Source: Macrostomum lignano (taxonomy: Eukaryota). Taken from it: a stretch of 64,000 nucleotides of DNA. The position numbers were made by a program, and so were the translations under genes. The stretch covers positions 372,001-436,000 of the forward strand of contig NIVC01000152.1 in assembly GCA_002269645.1 (NCBI GenBank), in the 5' to 3' direction. Shown here in pieces: positions 37,901-50,364 of this stretch (positions are counted from its first letter, which is position 1; each line of letters begins with the position of its first letter). Under the pieces are notes generated by a model. It saw only the letters and a program-made list of their open reading frames with translations. It had not been told where the DNA came from and did not search any database.

Positions 37901-40900
37901 TGATTTATAAAATATTCTTATGTTTAATTTTAACTTTAAATAATACCTTAAAGGAAATGTAGACTTAATTAATTCCTCAATTAAATTATTCACCACCCAT
38001 CAGGCCATCACCTACCTGCCTTGTATTGTATATTTAATCTATGAAAGCATAAAGGGATAAAGCATTTAATTGGAAGTTGAACAATACCATAGCTAGAAAT
38101 GATCAATTGGTGCTCAAATTGCGTGTACGAATATAAAGTAAAGTATAATGGGCAACTCGTTAATGATGAAGGGCTAACGTTAGTTGCTCACATAGCATGG
38201 AAGAAAATGTCAAAAAAATTTGCCTCGCTCTGCCCTCAACCATCACTCAATAATCAATCAAAGCCAAAGATCCGTTGTACTTACTCTTCCCTTCGTTCTC
38301 TCTTAGGAGATCCTTCCTTAGCGAGTGAATACTGTGCATTCAGAGGCCGCTCCAAGTATGAGGAGGCAGCACTCAGCAGCATCAATTAGTTTTGCTACAC
38401 GATCGGAGCTCTCGGGACTTCGCTAAACTCTATACTTGTCTCGGAGTGGGGTGGTCAAAGCCGATATTTTCGGAAGAAAAACAGATTCGTGAGAGGATTG
38501 GTTTTCTCACAGTCGCAAAGAGAACAGGGCAGACTGCGCAGGCCTGCCTGCACTATCCCTAAACTGGGCCAGTGGGCCCAGTTTGATGTGCACCATAATT
38601 CCGAGAATGGGTTTGTGGCTTAGAGTATTGCCGTAATCAACTATTTACAGCACTGAAACTACGGCTGCTTAATTCGTTCTTATAGTAATAGTAATAATAA
38701 TAATAATAAATAAAGAAACTTGACTCTTGACACAAATAAAGGACACGATACAGTTTATTTTGGCGTCAAATCTGAACGAATTGTTGATTGTAATGAATTC
38801 ATTAGCTATAGTCAAACATTGGATAGGGATTTTCAAGTGTTTCTTATACGATAAATAAAGTTGTTCTATTAATCGGAATCAATCACATCTAATCAGTCAA
38901 TACTGCACTGTTGAGCTGCTTAATTATCTAATGCGAAGACAGAAAACTGTTGCTGTTGTTGCTGCTGCTGGGAATAGAACTTGTCCCCACTTGAGTGCCG
39001 CTGAAAAACTACTCGACTTCGTTTCCGCGGACGATCCAAAAAGTGCGACGCCTGCATGTGCTGCTGCTTCCGGCTGACCTCCTGATGCTTGGCAGTAAAT
39101 ATGTGCTGACTGTCCAGCTCGAGGGCTTTGGTGAAGGACACTCGCAGATAAGCGTTGATCACTTCATTGCGCAGCTGCGGATACGATAGCAGCGTTGGAG
39201 ACAGAATCAGGCGCTCAAACTCGAGCCACAACAGACGCAGCCGACTGATACCAGCCAAGAAGTTCATCGAGCCCATCACTTGGCCAGCGAAGTCATCGGT
39301 GAGCGCGGTCAGCATTGACTGCTCGCTGTACCGACTCTGTTCCAACATGATGCTGCATTTGGTTACCACAAACTTAGTCAACGGTCCCATGATTACGTTC
39401 ATAATCATGACTAGGATTAGCGTGTTAACCTTTAAATTGTTAACCCAAGGACCACTAGAAGTTACCGTTGTATCAGGACGCAACACTCGTAAATATTGCA
39501 AAATTATTTGAAGGCCCGCTTGTTTGCATTGCAGCTTAACTTTAAATGCTCATAACTCCGGACTGGTTGCACTTTGAAAGATAATTTTTTCGCCAGGTTG
39601 CTCGAAATTTTGTTCTCTTAAACATATAACAAACTTTAGCGCTATATCTACATGTAGGAGCGGCGGGCGTACAGTAAAGTAACGGCAATACACAATATTT
39701 CATTGCATACAAAATGAATAAAGTTTCAGTTACTTCAATTATTGCCTCCTAGTCTCGATAAAGTAGCAGACCATACAACATACTCTGTAGTTGGAAGCTT
39801 TATAAAGCGGATAATCTGTACAGAGTTCAGTGGGCTGCAAAGGCGTCACTTCACTATCAAAAACCAGTATTATAAAAATCAGAAAGGCGCAGTATTTTTG
39901 AAATCTTGGCACACCTGCCCAACAAGAACTCCAACATTCATAATCTTTCTTTTGCTGTTCAAATGAACAGTAGGAGTCAAATAAAACTTGTACAGTAGCA
40001 CAACTTCATTTGTATTTAAGTTCAATTTCGATATAAAAACCTCTAATTTCATAAAGAATACATGCGAAATAAGAAAACAAAGTCAAAAAGCAACAATAAG
40101 CCAATGTATTTTAAACTTAAACTTTCATACCAATCAAGTCATTCTGTCTAAAAAATCTCTTAAAATCACAAAGCATAATGAATCACAGTACTTCACCATG
40201 TTAGCTCAGCAGACATTGATGGATGAACATCTAGATTGGATGATTTGGCACACCTGAAATGAAACCAATTTGGGATTAATAAATACCTGCTTTGCAATGA
40301 ACAACAAAACAAGCCTTGTTTTGAGTAAATGAATACATTTTCTCTATAACCTAATATGTATGAAACAAAGCTTAAACCATCAAATCACAGCTGGTTTAAC
40401 TAACATGAAACTGACAAACTAACAAATTAAAGTACATTGAATATGGATATAAAGGTAATGATAATAAGAAACTGTAGTTAAACTAAACAAACATCTCAAC
40501 CGTCAATCTGCAACATTTGTAAACAATATGGTTCATAAAATAATTGTCAATGACAAGACTAACAACCTACTTATTGCACTGATGAAAAACAAGATAAGGT
40601 TTACAATCTTGTATAAAGATAGTTAGAACAATAGCTTTAGATAAGTCTATAAATGGTATACATCCGGCTATACAGAATTGTCTTAGGCCTAATAAATAAG
40701 GAAAGAGAATTATACACATTTAGACTTCAAAGTATATTCAATTGTGAATTTATATACTCTAATATATTGCTGTATTGACAACAAAAAACTATAACAAACT
40801 ATAAGCCATGTTGCTAGAAATGCTAGTTAAACAAACAAATAAATCTTACACATTGTTTACACATTGTCTATAACACTGTGTAAAACTATATTTGTCTTTA

Positions 40901-43900
40901 GACTAAAATGTTTTTTTCCTATTTGTCATTCTAATGTATAGTAAAAAATAGTACTCCTTTACCCTTGACTTCAGTTTTGAACATATAACTTCAGCTTAGT
41001 GAAATGATATAATTAATCTAATCCAAATCAAATCTAATCTAATTCTATAATTCTATTCAGTACAGCAAAAATGAGTGTCTTGTTCTAAAGTGGTATTGGT
41101 AAATGATTTACTTAAACAGCATAGCTCAACCAATTTTGAAGCATTTAACTTCACTTAGCTATAAAATCAACAATCAGGTAACTAGAATACAAAAAAATAA
41201 TCAACAGACTTATTAATGACTTTTAAAAACAATTTTTGCATGTAAAGGGTAATAGATGCCTACAAAAATATGAACAAAACTGTACATTTGACAAAACTGT
41301 CAACAACTTTCTAACAAACAGTAGAATGTTATCCTGTAAGTAATTAAATAGATGCCTCCAAAAATATGAACAAAACTGTTCAAACTTTTTAATAGACTCA
41401 ACTAACTTAAGCAAACTTAAATTGATACAAAAACTTGCAATAAATTATAGCTATCCCCAAAGTATATAAAAAATTCATGGGCTTCAAGAAATACATCTGA
41501 GTATGCCAGCAATTGGTCAACTAGCCAGAGTGTGATAATAAAGAATGTAGCAAATCATTCATGTTGTAGTTTACGTAGTCTACGTCCATTGGCATTGAAA
41601 GTATGCCGAGGTATCTCTGATGACTTACGCACTAGGCCTTTGAAAAAAGTATTTGCAAGCCGGCGAGCAATAGATGATAGTTGATCCTTTTGAATATCAA
41701 AGTCAACAAGTGACTCAAAAGTATATAGAAAAAGGCGAATTGTATGGCTGGCACACTTCAGTGACATCATACCAAAGAGTGAGTAGCACATTGATGCATA
41801 GACAATTAGCCATTCAGGAGGATGTTGCAATTTTCCTCTAGATAAAAGGTTAGTAAACTCACTATCTGGTGCCTGTACAGTTTGAGCAGGAAATACTTCA
41901 GGCACTTCTAAGGACTCCTTCATTGAAATATAGCCGCAGATATAATACAGAGTTACTCTTTCATCCAGTGATACCTCTTCAATTTGGCCTGGCAAATTAT
42001 CAATTAACTCAATCTCTTCAAATGACATTGTGCCAGTACAACAGCTGTCTTGTGCTTGGCAGTTCATAGATGGTGCATCAATTTGCAGGTCTGCATACAG
42101 TTGCATTCTTCGTAGGCGGGCTGAGAGCATTATCTGCTCAACTGATATATAATAGCAGCCCCCATGTCCTTGTCTGTAAATAGAAAATTCTCCTTCAAGT
42201 CTGTCTGATTGAAGCTCACCTAGAGAATGTGTATAAATAAAAATTAAATGACTCACTTACTTTGAAAAGGTACTTTTATCTAAATCAACTTTCACTACTT
42301 ACTGGTATACACTTATTCTTACCTAATAACACATAGGAAAATTTACAGTCTTTTAGTAAATATCTGCTCAGTTCAACCAGCCCTTTTGATGTCTGTATAG
42401 CAGCCTTGCGAGTTTCCGAAGTAAGCGATCGTAAACGTCCAGGTCCTCGACCTCCAGGCATCCGTTCTAATACTTCGGCAAACATACTTAGTAACTTAAG
42501 ATTGCTTGACTCTTCAGAGAAAATTGGACTACGTGTATCATCATGCAGCTGCATATGAGATGTTGTTGATTTTACATTAACCACTTTCCAAAACTTAAGG
42601 ATAAAATCTATAAAAGTGGCTGTACCATAAAACCCATGAAGTTGAAGAGCAGCAATTGTCTTTTCATTAAAAACTTGAAGAACTAAAGATACCTTCTGAC
42701 GTTCCAATGGAGATGGATGGCATGATTGTGGACTAAGTGTTGTAGGTCGAACAACATGAAGCTGTGATTTCTGCTCAATATCTATAATATCATTCCAATT
42801 AGCTTGACAAATAGGCCCTTCTGGTAAAAGTTGAAAGTCAATAATCTTTGAGCCTTGAGTATACCAATTATTGCGAATGTTTTTCAATAGATGAACTGTG
42901 TCATATAATAGAAACAAAGGTAGGCTTTGATCTACTGGGTTAATTGCCTTCCAGGGTGCATCCATGTTGTCAAACTGAAACTTCTGGTAGCAGATACGGT
43001 TGATGAAATGATTGTCACAAATAAGACTTACAACCTGCCCATTGCATTGATGAATAACCCTAATTAGTTTTACAATTTGTTGGAACAAGAAGTTGGGTTT
43101 TAAACTATAAACAGGAATCAGCCTAGCCACAAATGATTGGGCTCCCATGAATGGTTTTATCATTAAGGCTAGGATAGTACGAGCCAATTGTGTTGGTACA
43201 TCCTCAGCATAGCCAACTGTATGTCCACCTCGGAAACGAGCTGATGGTAAAACGTATACTTCATCAAAAATAACAGTACACAACTTCTGTGACGGAGTCA
43301 GTTGGCCAAAATGTGTGCTCACAATGGTCTTACAATCTAAGTCTGTTCCAACATTACCAAGACCACCAAGATGACGCTTTAGAGTTGTAGCATGCGGTAG
43401 AGTCATAAGGTGCCTTGCTGACCGATAAGCATTAGTGCCAGATAGGAAGATCTTCATGGCTGTTAAAATGTCTGATGAATTATAATAGTGCCCATTTGAT
43501 GATAAGGACAATTCCAGTTGACGAAGAAGAAACAGTTGCTTGGAGCTACATGGTAACTTTTGAATGGTTGCCACACTAGACTTGATCTCATCACTAATTG
43601 TCAATGGGGCCTGTTTGACCCTATTGACAATAGCTTCAAGTTGACTAAAGCGTTCTAGTTTCCATTGAAATCCTAGGAGGTCAGTTACCTTGACAACACT
43701 GTTCTGTCGATAGGCTTCAACAGTGAAGTCACTATTAACACAGATATAGAATTCAACTGCACGTTCAAATATGGTCAAGAACAAAACATTCGAATCCGAA
43801 ACTTGCACAAGCCAGCCAACTAAGAAGGGAAGAGCTAAAGCAGCAACTTGGAAAGCATTCCACGAACAGATTCGATCGGCTTTGTTAAATGCAGGCATTT

Positions 43901-46900
43901 GATCTGGTTCTTGACCACGCTGTGACAGGGAAATGCCTCTTTTAACAGCCTGCCTTGACTTCTCTAAAAATATTTTTGAATTACAAACAACAACACATTA
44001 TAAAAGGCAATCCAACTTTACCTGAGCTATAGGTTATATAACATGCTATATGATAGGGCATATTGTTAACTTACTTGGATATGTTTGGCGCATATCACTT
44101 TTCTTAGCAAATTGAAAAATAGAAGGTGGGTCCCTAGGTCTTGTGAACCGCTTGACTTTTACCATGGGGGCATCATCTTCCCAATGCTTTCGGCAAATGC
44201 CCATGAACTTAGAGACATTCTACAATTTATATATAAACTTTAGAAAGTTAATTATTTTTACTATACATTTTAATTATTCAAAAATTATATTGATCTCAAT
44301 TATTTACTTTTAAAGAATAAAGTAACTCATTAAAAGGTCATTTTATTCACCTTAATAGACGATGGCAATGCATTAATCCATCAGCAATGCTCAGCCTCAT
44401 CTTTAGGAAAGCCAAATATAGCTACCTTCTCTTCATTGCGATAGTTACTTCTACAAGATGGTATGCAACATTTCATGGGCATGGTTTGATAATTTTTTGT
44501 GAGTACACTGAAATTGTTAGATTTATAAACCAAAAAATTGAAACATTTCAGTTATCTCACTTTACATTTTAAAATATTAGACCCAAAACATAAACTATGA
44601 AAAAACAAATGAAAGCCAAAAAGGGTTTTAATAAGTGAATAACTGTGTATTATATTAATGCACAGATTTGAAAGTGAACACAAACTGGTAATAAAAGAAA
44701 AACAAATAAAAAAGTAGCAGAAATATTTTTTCTTCTAAAAAAACACCAATATTAATAAATAAAGGCCTTTTAAAAAATTGTACCTAACACAATTGAAAAG
44801 CTGCTATTTGACATTAAAAATAGGTGCTGCAAATGTCTTCAAGACAGTAATACATTACAATATTATTACACTGATAAAAATTGGAAAAAATAGTGTTTTC
44901 AACACAAAAATAAATAGGCCTAAAGAAATTGAAAAGCCAGTATAATAAACTTTAGCCTTGTTGTTTCTAGTGGGAAACCAACTTTTAATATGCTAAAATA
45001 TGTCTGCTACAAAAGGACAAAAGAATAAAAAGCATAGGTTAGTTAGCTAAAGCAACATCTTATTGGTTGGATACATTAAAAACAAATAAACTATCATTTA
45101 ACTTGTCTGATACTAACATCAAGCATGAGTACATGAATTAGTCCTAGTCTTCAGTAATAATAATAATAGGCCTAATAATAATATTAATAATAATAATAAC
45201 TAGGCCTAATAATCATGGTAGGCCTAGGCATAGGCCTAGTAGCTGTTGGAGTTTCAGTATGATAGGCCTAATGTCATATGATAGCCTGTCATAGCTAGCT
45301 AAAGTGTAAAGGCTAAGCTTATAAGTTATAAAATAATATAGACCTACTGGTTAAATTACTTTCTGGTTGATAGTAAGTTAGTTAGAAGCCCTTCTGATCC
45401 TTTGACCTTTTCTCAAGCTTTGTTGAATTCTCAGTACTATGACTAGCAGTATCTGCTGTCTGCATAAAACCTTAGGGGGCCTAGGAAATATTAAAACGAG
45501 TTGCATTTAATGATATAATTACTCAAAATATCTAGATTACAGCCTAAATAAACTATAAATACACATATTATATGAAGCTTCTGAGGCTCAAATGTAGTGT
45601 ATGCTTCTTTAAAACAGTCGACTTAAGTCGAGTAGATGCTTTTTTGAAGGCAAGTACCGATAAATACACGTAAACAAGCGGGCCTTCAAATAATTTTACA
45701 ATATTTACGAGTGTTGCGTCCTGATACAACGGTAACTTCTAGTGGTCCTTGTTGTTAACCATGTCTCGTTCAGCGTTATGAAAGCTTGTCATGGTTAGGG
45801 AAAGGGCCACGGCGCCGCGTAGGCCTGCATGGATTGTTATGATTTGTTCCTTGCCTGAAACAGGGCAGAATTTAAATAGCGATTGAGGTCATTTGATTTT
45901 TTATCCCTCATCACCTTTTAAAAAAAAAATAAAGGCACTCACCCTGCAGCTTCTTGGTCCGGAACCAGTTCAGCACGTGAGAGAGCGTGATAGTAGTGAA
46001 GGCTCGCCCAAGCAGGCATAGAAATGGAGTAAAAATCATGAGCGAGATATTAAGTCCCTGGCCGGCGTCCCAAGCTTGGCTGTTGCTAAGCATCACCAGC
46101 TCAACGCCCATCGATAGGAAAATGAGCATCTCGCTCAGAGAAGCAGTCATATGCAGCAAAAGGCTAAAAATTCGCTTTGAGCTGTCCGATATGTTGCCTG
46201 CAAGCGAGTTTAAAATAGAACTAATCCATTTGAAATCAGCTCAGTACGAAAATACGAGTAAAAGGACACAAATGCTGGGTGAGTAAAATAACTACGAGTA
46301 GAATAAGCACAGATTTCCTTACACTTTGCGTACGCAGCCAGAAGGACGCCACACACGATCAGGCTGAGAATACCCGACAGATTGATAGCTTCGGCCAGCA
46401 GGTAGCTAAGTAAGCCGCAGCTGAGCATGATGGTCGGCTCGCAGATGACTGTCATCTGAGTTCGCTTGGTAATGATGGCGCAGAATAGGGCTAGAGCGGT
46501 GCCGAGGATGCAGGAGCCTAGAGTAGATAGAATCGTGTTGCCAACCGCTTCCATTACTTCGCCCACAATGTACATATTGTTCGGGTCCACGCCCTGTATA
46601 TTGGTCATGGCTTTGAATAGCGAAACTGTCATGGCGTCGTTAAGCATAGCCTCGCCGCTAACCAGAAAGTGTAGGTGATAATCCGCTTGAAGCTCTTCAA
46701 ATGCTTGGATTACCGCTACCGGATCCACGGCAACGATTATCGAGCTAGATTGAAAATTATTGAGCATCATTACCAACATGTACATGTACTAATACTGCTA
46801 ATTCAGGACAAAAATTAGATAGTCTCACCTGTAGAAGAAGCTATCCACAGTTTTAAATCCTTTAATAAAGGGTATAAAGTTGGCGTTGTGCAGCAAGGCC

Positions 46901-48085
46901 AGCATGGACCCGATAAACAGAAAGTTGAATAGTGTGCCAAGAATAGCGAATGTGAGAATAGTAGGCACATTGTTGAGGAATACAGGATGAAACAGGTTGT
47001 AAGCTGCGTCTAGTATGATCGGTGGCAGCAGCACTGTAAAGAACAGGTAATGTGTGAGCCTTAGACCGGACACTAAAGCCATGTATTCCGCGCCGAAGCT
47101 TCTCATAACCCAAGAGACCAGGACGCCCAGGGCGATGAAGGCCGCAGATTCTGGAAAAATTCTATGCAATCCGTAAAAAGCGTAAACAACTCTGAAGGCG
47201 AACATCAACAGTACGATTAGCACGATAAAGAAGTAATTGTTGACGAAGAAGATGTTCTCCAGGTCTGGCAGTACGACTTCAGTTGTATTGTTCATTATCA
47301 CTGGTTGAATGCAGAATCTTAATTTCAAATAATATGACTGCTGGTTGAACTTCAATTTTGATCTGCAGAAGACTAAGTCAATATTAAGTAAACAATATTC
47401 AACAAATGCAGCCCTGCAGACTAAACAGAACAGCAACAGCGTCTATGGTGACGTCTGTAAATTGATTCTAGAAAGTACGTGGGTAAGAAGCAAGGACAGA
47501 AAGTGCAATAAGCACTCATTTTTAAGCGGTCTTCAGTACGCATGCATGCAGCGGATTGTGACTATGAAGCGCGGGCGCTTCTCGATAATTTGATTCACAA
47601 ACGGCGGAAAAAATATTCAGAAAAATGATTCGTTTTTAAGCTGCTTTTGAAACTCGCTTTAACACGAAAACGGGACTAAATTCCTTAATTTTCACCCCAA
47701 TACCCTTCCATTCCTGCAGCGCATACTTGCCGCCGCCGATGTGGACTCGAACGGCTACGTGGACAGATGGGAGTTTGTGAGACTGGCGGCCAACGATAGC
47801 CGAAGCCGACGACAACAGAAGCGCCAGTCTACCCGGCAGCAGCCGAAGCCGCCGCCTCTAACCACTGAGAAAGATCTGGCCCGCGCCTTTCGCATGTTCG
47901 ACACCGACCGAGACGGCTTCATCGCGCCGGCGGAGCTGCGCTCGACACTTGTCCGACTGCTGCCGCCTGGCGAGGTCACCGACCAGCTGGTAGCCGACAT
48001 GATTCGCGGAGCCGATGCGGATGGCGACGGTCGGGTGTCGTTTGCCGAATTTGCGAGAATCGTTTGCGCAGATGAGTTGCGCTGA
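31991..48085 (+). CDS. Calmodulin-like 4-EF-hand protein; exons 31991-32182 and 47720-48085 (185 aa), 15,537-bp intron
   Basis: EF1 DADRDGRIVASE is in exon 1. EF2 DVDSNGYVDRWE, EF3 DTDRDGFIAPAE and EF4 DADGDGRVSFAE are in exon 2. Donor AAG|gtgagt and acceptor cctgcag|CGC are both phase 0, giving LTKKELK-RILAAAD, which matches the calmodulin EF1-EF2 linker. Confidence 0.75.
32340..32490. repeat. 18-bp repeat (CCCCCAGATAGCAAGCAT), array 1
   Basis: Direct periodicity. Same unit as the array at 33615-33897. Confidence 0.85.
33615..33897. repeat. 18-bp repeat (CCCCCAGATAGCAAGCAT), array 2
   Basis: Direct periodicity. Confidence 0.9.
35842..36762 (-). CDS. Universal stress protein (UspA-like); exons 36491-36762 and 35842-36046 (158 aa)
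   Basis: N-terminal KILIAVDGSKHCERALEW and C-terminal LIVMGNRGMGTLRRTFLGSVSDYVLHHAHRPTIIVP (G-x2-G-x9-GS ATP-binding motif). The phase-2 GT-AG intron contains a tandem repeat. Confidence 0.92.
36070..36360. repeat. Degenerate tandem repeat (TTCTAAGAATCTGCTTTTTGG...) in the USP intron
   Basis: Recurring TTCTAAGAATCT core. Confidence 0.75.
39446..45751 (-). mobile_element. Full-length P-element-superfamily DNA transposon (6,306 bp)
   Basis: 80-bp TIRs (CAAGGACCACTAGAAGTTACCG...) with 1 mismatch at 39446-39525 and 45672-45751. Flanking direct duplication TTGTTAACC. Encodes a THAP-domain transposase. Confidence 0.93.
41555..44482 (-). CDS. THAP-domain P-element transposase (THAP9-like); exons 44351-44482, 44075-44219, 42323-43963, 41555-42219 (860 codons, one in-frame TGA at 44381-44383)
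   Basis: THAP domain MPMKCCIPSC...FGFP...WINAL / ICRKHW...PPSIF. Catalytic motifs VIFDEVY, LICDN, YDTVHLLKNIRNNW, QKVSLVLQVF and QSDRLEGEFSIYRQGHGG. The spliced length of 2583 nt is in frame. Confidence 0.88.
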
Positions 48086-48538
48086 CATTGTAGGAGATCG
48101 ATACTGTATTTTAATGTTTGAAACTCTGCAGTTTTACTACCGCACTGAACGCTCAAGTAACCGAACACATGACGCACATACTCGAATTACGCGAACACGC
48201 ACTTCTGTACAGTATTTTATAAAATAATTTTCGTTGTATGCAACAGTTCAACTGTACGCAATCTTAATCTGAATTCTCAGCTCTGTTATACTCTTAAATG
48301 TATAATAATAAATGAATCTGCCTCTAATCTCGCCAACCACCAGCCAGTCCTGCATGGATCAGGACAGCGTGAACAAGTACATAGGACAAAACGAAAGCGA
48401 AATCTATAAAATAAAAGACATCATCCCATAATCTCATAACACATTCACCAAATTCACCAAAGCATACGACTAGTTCGCATAAATGATATACAGATACAAT
48501 CAAATAGACGATATAGATAGTTACGAAGTAACAGTTTA

Positions 48539-48870
48539 CCCGTTTAAAAAAACGACAGTCGTACGACAGAGCTTTTACGACAGTCCTCGTCAGCATACGA
48601 CAGGCGTTTTTACGACAATACGACAGTGCCGCATCCCAACTTTCTTGGGTCAACCACCTTGACCCACCTAGATCTTACGACAGAGTACAACAGTATACGA
48701 CAGTGCCCTACGACAGTGACCATACGATAGTACTGTACGACAGTCTACGACAGTGCCATACGACAGTGATGACTGTCGTATAGTTTCTTTCGTATCACTG
48801 TCGTGCTTGTCGTGCCACTGTCGTTTCTGTCGTAAATTCACCATTTTGCCCCAAATCCTTTTTAACCGGG
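48539..48870. mobile_element. Small CACTA/EnSpm- or Harbinger-like MITE with subterminal repeats
   Basis: Ends CCCGTTTAAAAA / TTTTTAACCGGG with TTA on both flanks. Many CGACAG motifs in the left half and inverted CTGTCG motifs in the right half. Confidence 0.55.
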
Positions 48871-49749
48871 TTATCCCAGCAGAAATAAGGCAAAGCACAG
48901 AGCTAAAAAGATATTCCACTTTCGATTATCAATTCAATGAGAATTTTGATAAAGAAACACTGTCATTGCACACAAATTTATTATTAGCATTATTATCAGC
49001 TGGAAACTTAAAACAAATTAAAATTGAAGCAACGGTAGCCTCAGTAGTTTAAATTTTGAATGTTATTTGGAAAAAAACAAATGCAAAGCAACGAAGAACA
49101 GGCGTGCGAAGAGCTACTTGTACACCGGATTTGAAAACTAAATTTAACTAGCGACTGATTTTAACTGGTTTGGAGTCAAGCAGAGAAGGTGATGGCTGAC
49201 CTCTAGCTGTACCGAGTTAGGCTAACTTAGCCCACTTATCTGTACTGGCAATGAAAGTCTGCAGGCCTGATAAAGAAGCCCCCAGCAAGAGAACTCTTAC
49301 ATTACAAGAAGCGAGGGTGCACGCTTTGATGCATTTGGCTATAGATTGCGCAGGTTCAAAGTCTAATCCAGTCCGTAGCACCCGGCCCTGCATTGTATGC
49401 GCAAACAAAGATAACAATGGCCACGGCTATACGAAGGCCAACGTGTTGCTACTCCGGTGAAGTGACATTGATTTCTGAAAATTATAAGCAAGAATAATTA
49501 ATATTGACAGCATGCAACACAGGCATAATAAGAGCACCCCCTCCACTAAGCCCGAGATGACACACGATACAAACTGAATCAGAACCAAGTTATGCAATAG
49601 CAGACGTAACGGTTGCTATTGCGTAGTCTGTCACTACTCCTAGTTTTCAAGCTAAGATTTGTGAAACACGCCGTGAGAAGGTTAAATAATCAAATAGAGT
49701 TGCGGTATTAGCTGAACCTAATGTCAATGATAACATTTGCAGGAAGGCT

Positions 49750-50015
49750 GCAGGCATCCTGGCGCAACGCGTTCGGCGACATCGTAACACAACCACCGCT
49801 GAGGCGATTCTGCCTATACCGCTGACTCCTGAGTCCTGGCTCCTGACAAGCGCGCTAATACTGTACGCAGGCACACAGGGTGTACAGCGTGGGTGTGAAT
49901 GGGTGTGAATCGCAGACACCCTCCAGCCAATTTTCGTGCGCAAGTGTTTGCGCACGGAATCGAACCAGGGGTCGTGGCGCGCGAGTCGGACGCGTTTACC
50001 GCTGAGCTGCTCTAG
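49750..50015 (-). mobile_element. tRNA-derived SINE (best-preserved copy)
   Basis: Minus-strand head GGGCTAGAGCAGCTCAGCGGTAAACGCG...GGTTCGATTCC has Pol III A and B boxes, but the anticodon stem does not pair. The body is shared with two other loci. Confidence 0.65.
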
Positions 50016-50364
50016 CCCCTAAGCCGAACCTATACTCAGCAACGTTAAAAAAGTCGCCACTCTATGCGCCAGTGAGCAATTTCTGTTATGCTATTATGAA
50101 ATAAAAGATACGAGAAAACTGATCGGGGTAATCCTTCCAATCCTCTCACACCGCTTCCCCTACTGCATTCCTCAACTCAAGTCTTCCGCGGCGTAGCTAA
50201 ATTGCGTCACTCGCAAAGATTGAGAGACTTTACTTCTCAGAAGTGGCGACCACAGACGGAATCTTCTGTGATGGTGACTTTTCGATGTTGCTGAGTATAC
50301 TTGAGTTAAAAAACACCAGTCTAATCCAAACCAAACTACACTAAACCAGCACATTTGTGCTCAC

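Larger units (their letters stand above)
38920..47295 (-). pseudogene. SLC9/NHE Na+/H+ exchanger disrupted by a transposon; exons 46829-47295, 46323-46744, 45943-46197, then 45752-45854 joined to 38920-39436 (587 aa if repaired)
   Basis: Motifs FFTVLLPPIILDAAY, AVDPVAV, VSGEAMLNDA, LSGILSLIVCG, SLSEMLIFLSMG and AGLRGAVALSL. All junction phases are consistent. Removing the element plus one duplicated 9-mer gives 1764 nt in frame. Confidence 0.88.
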
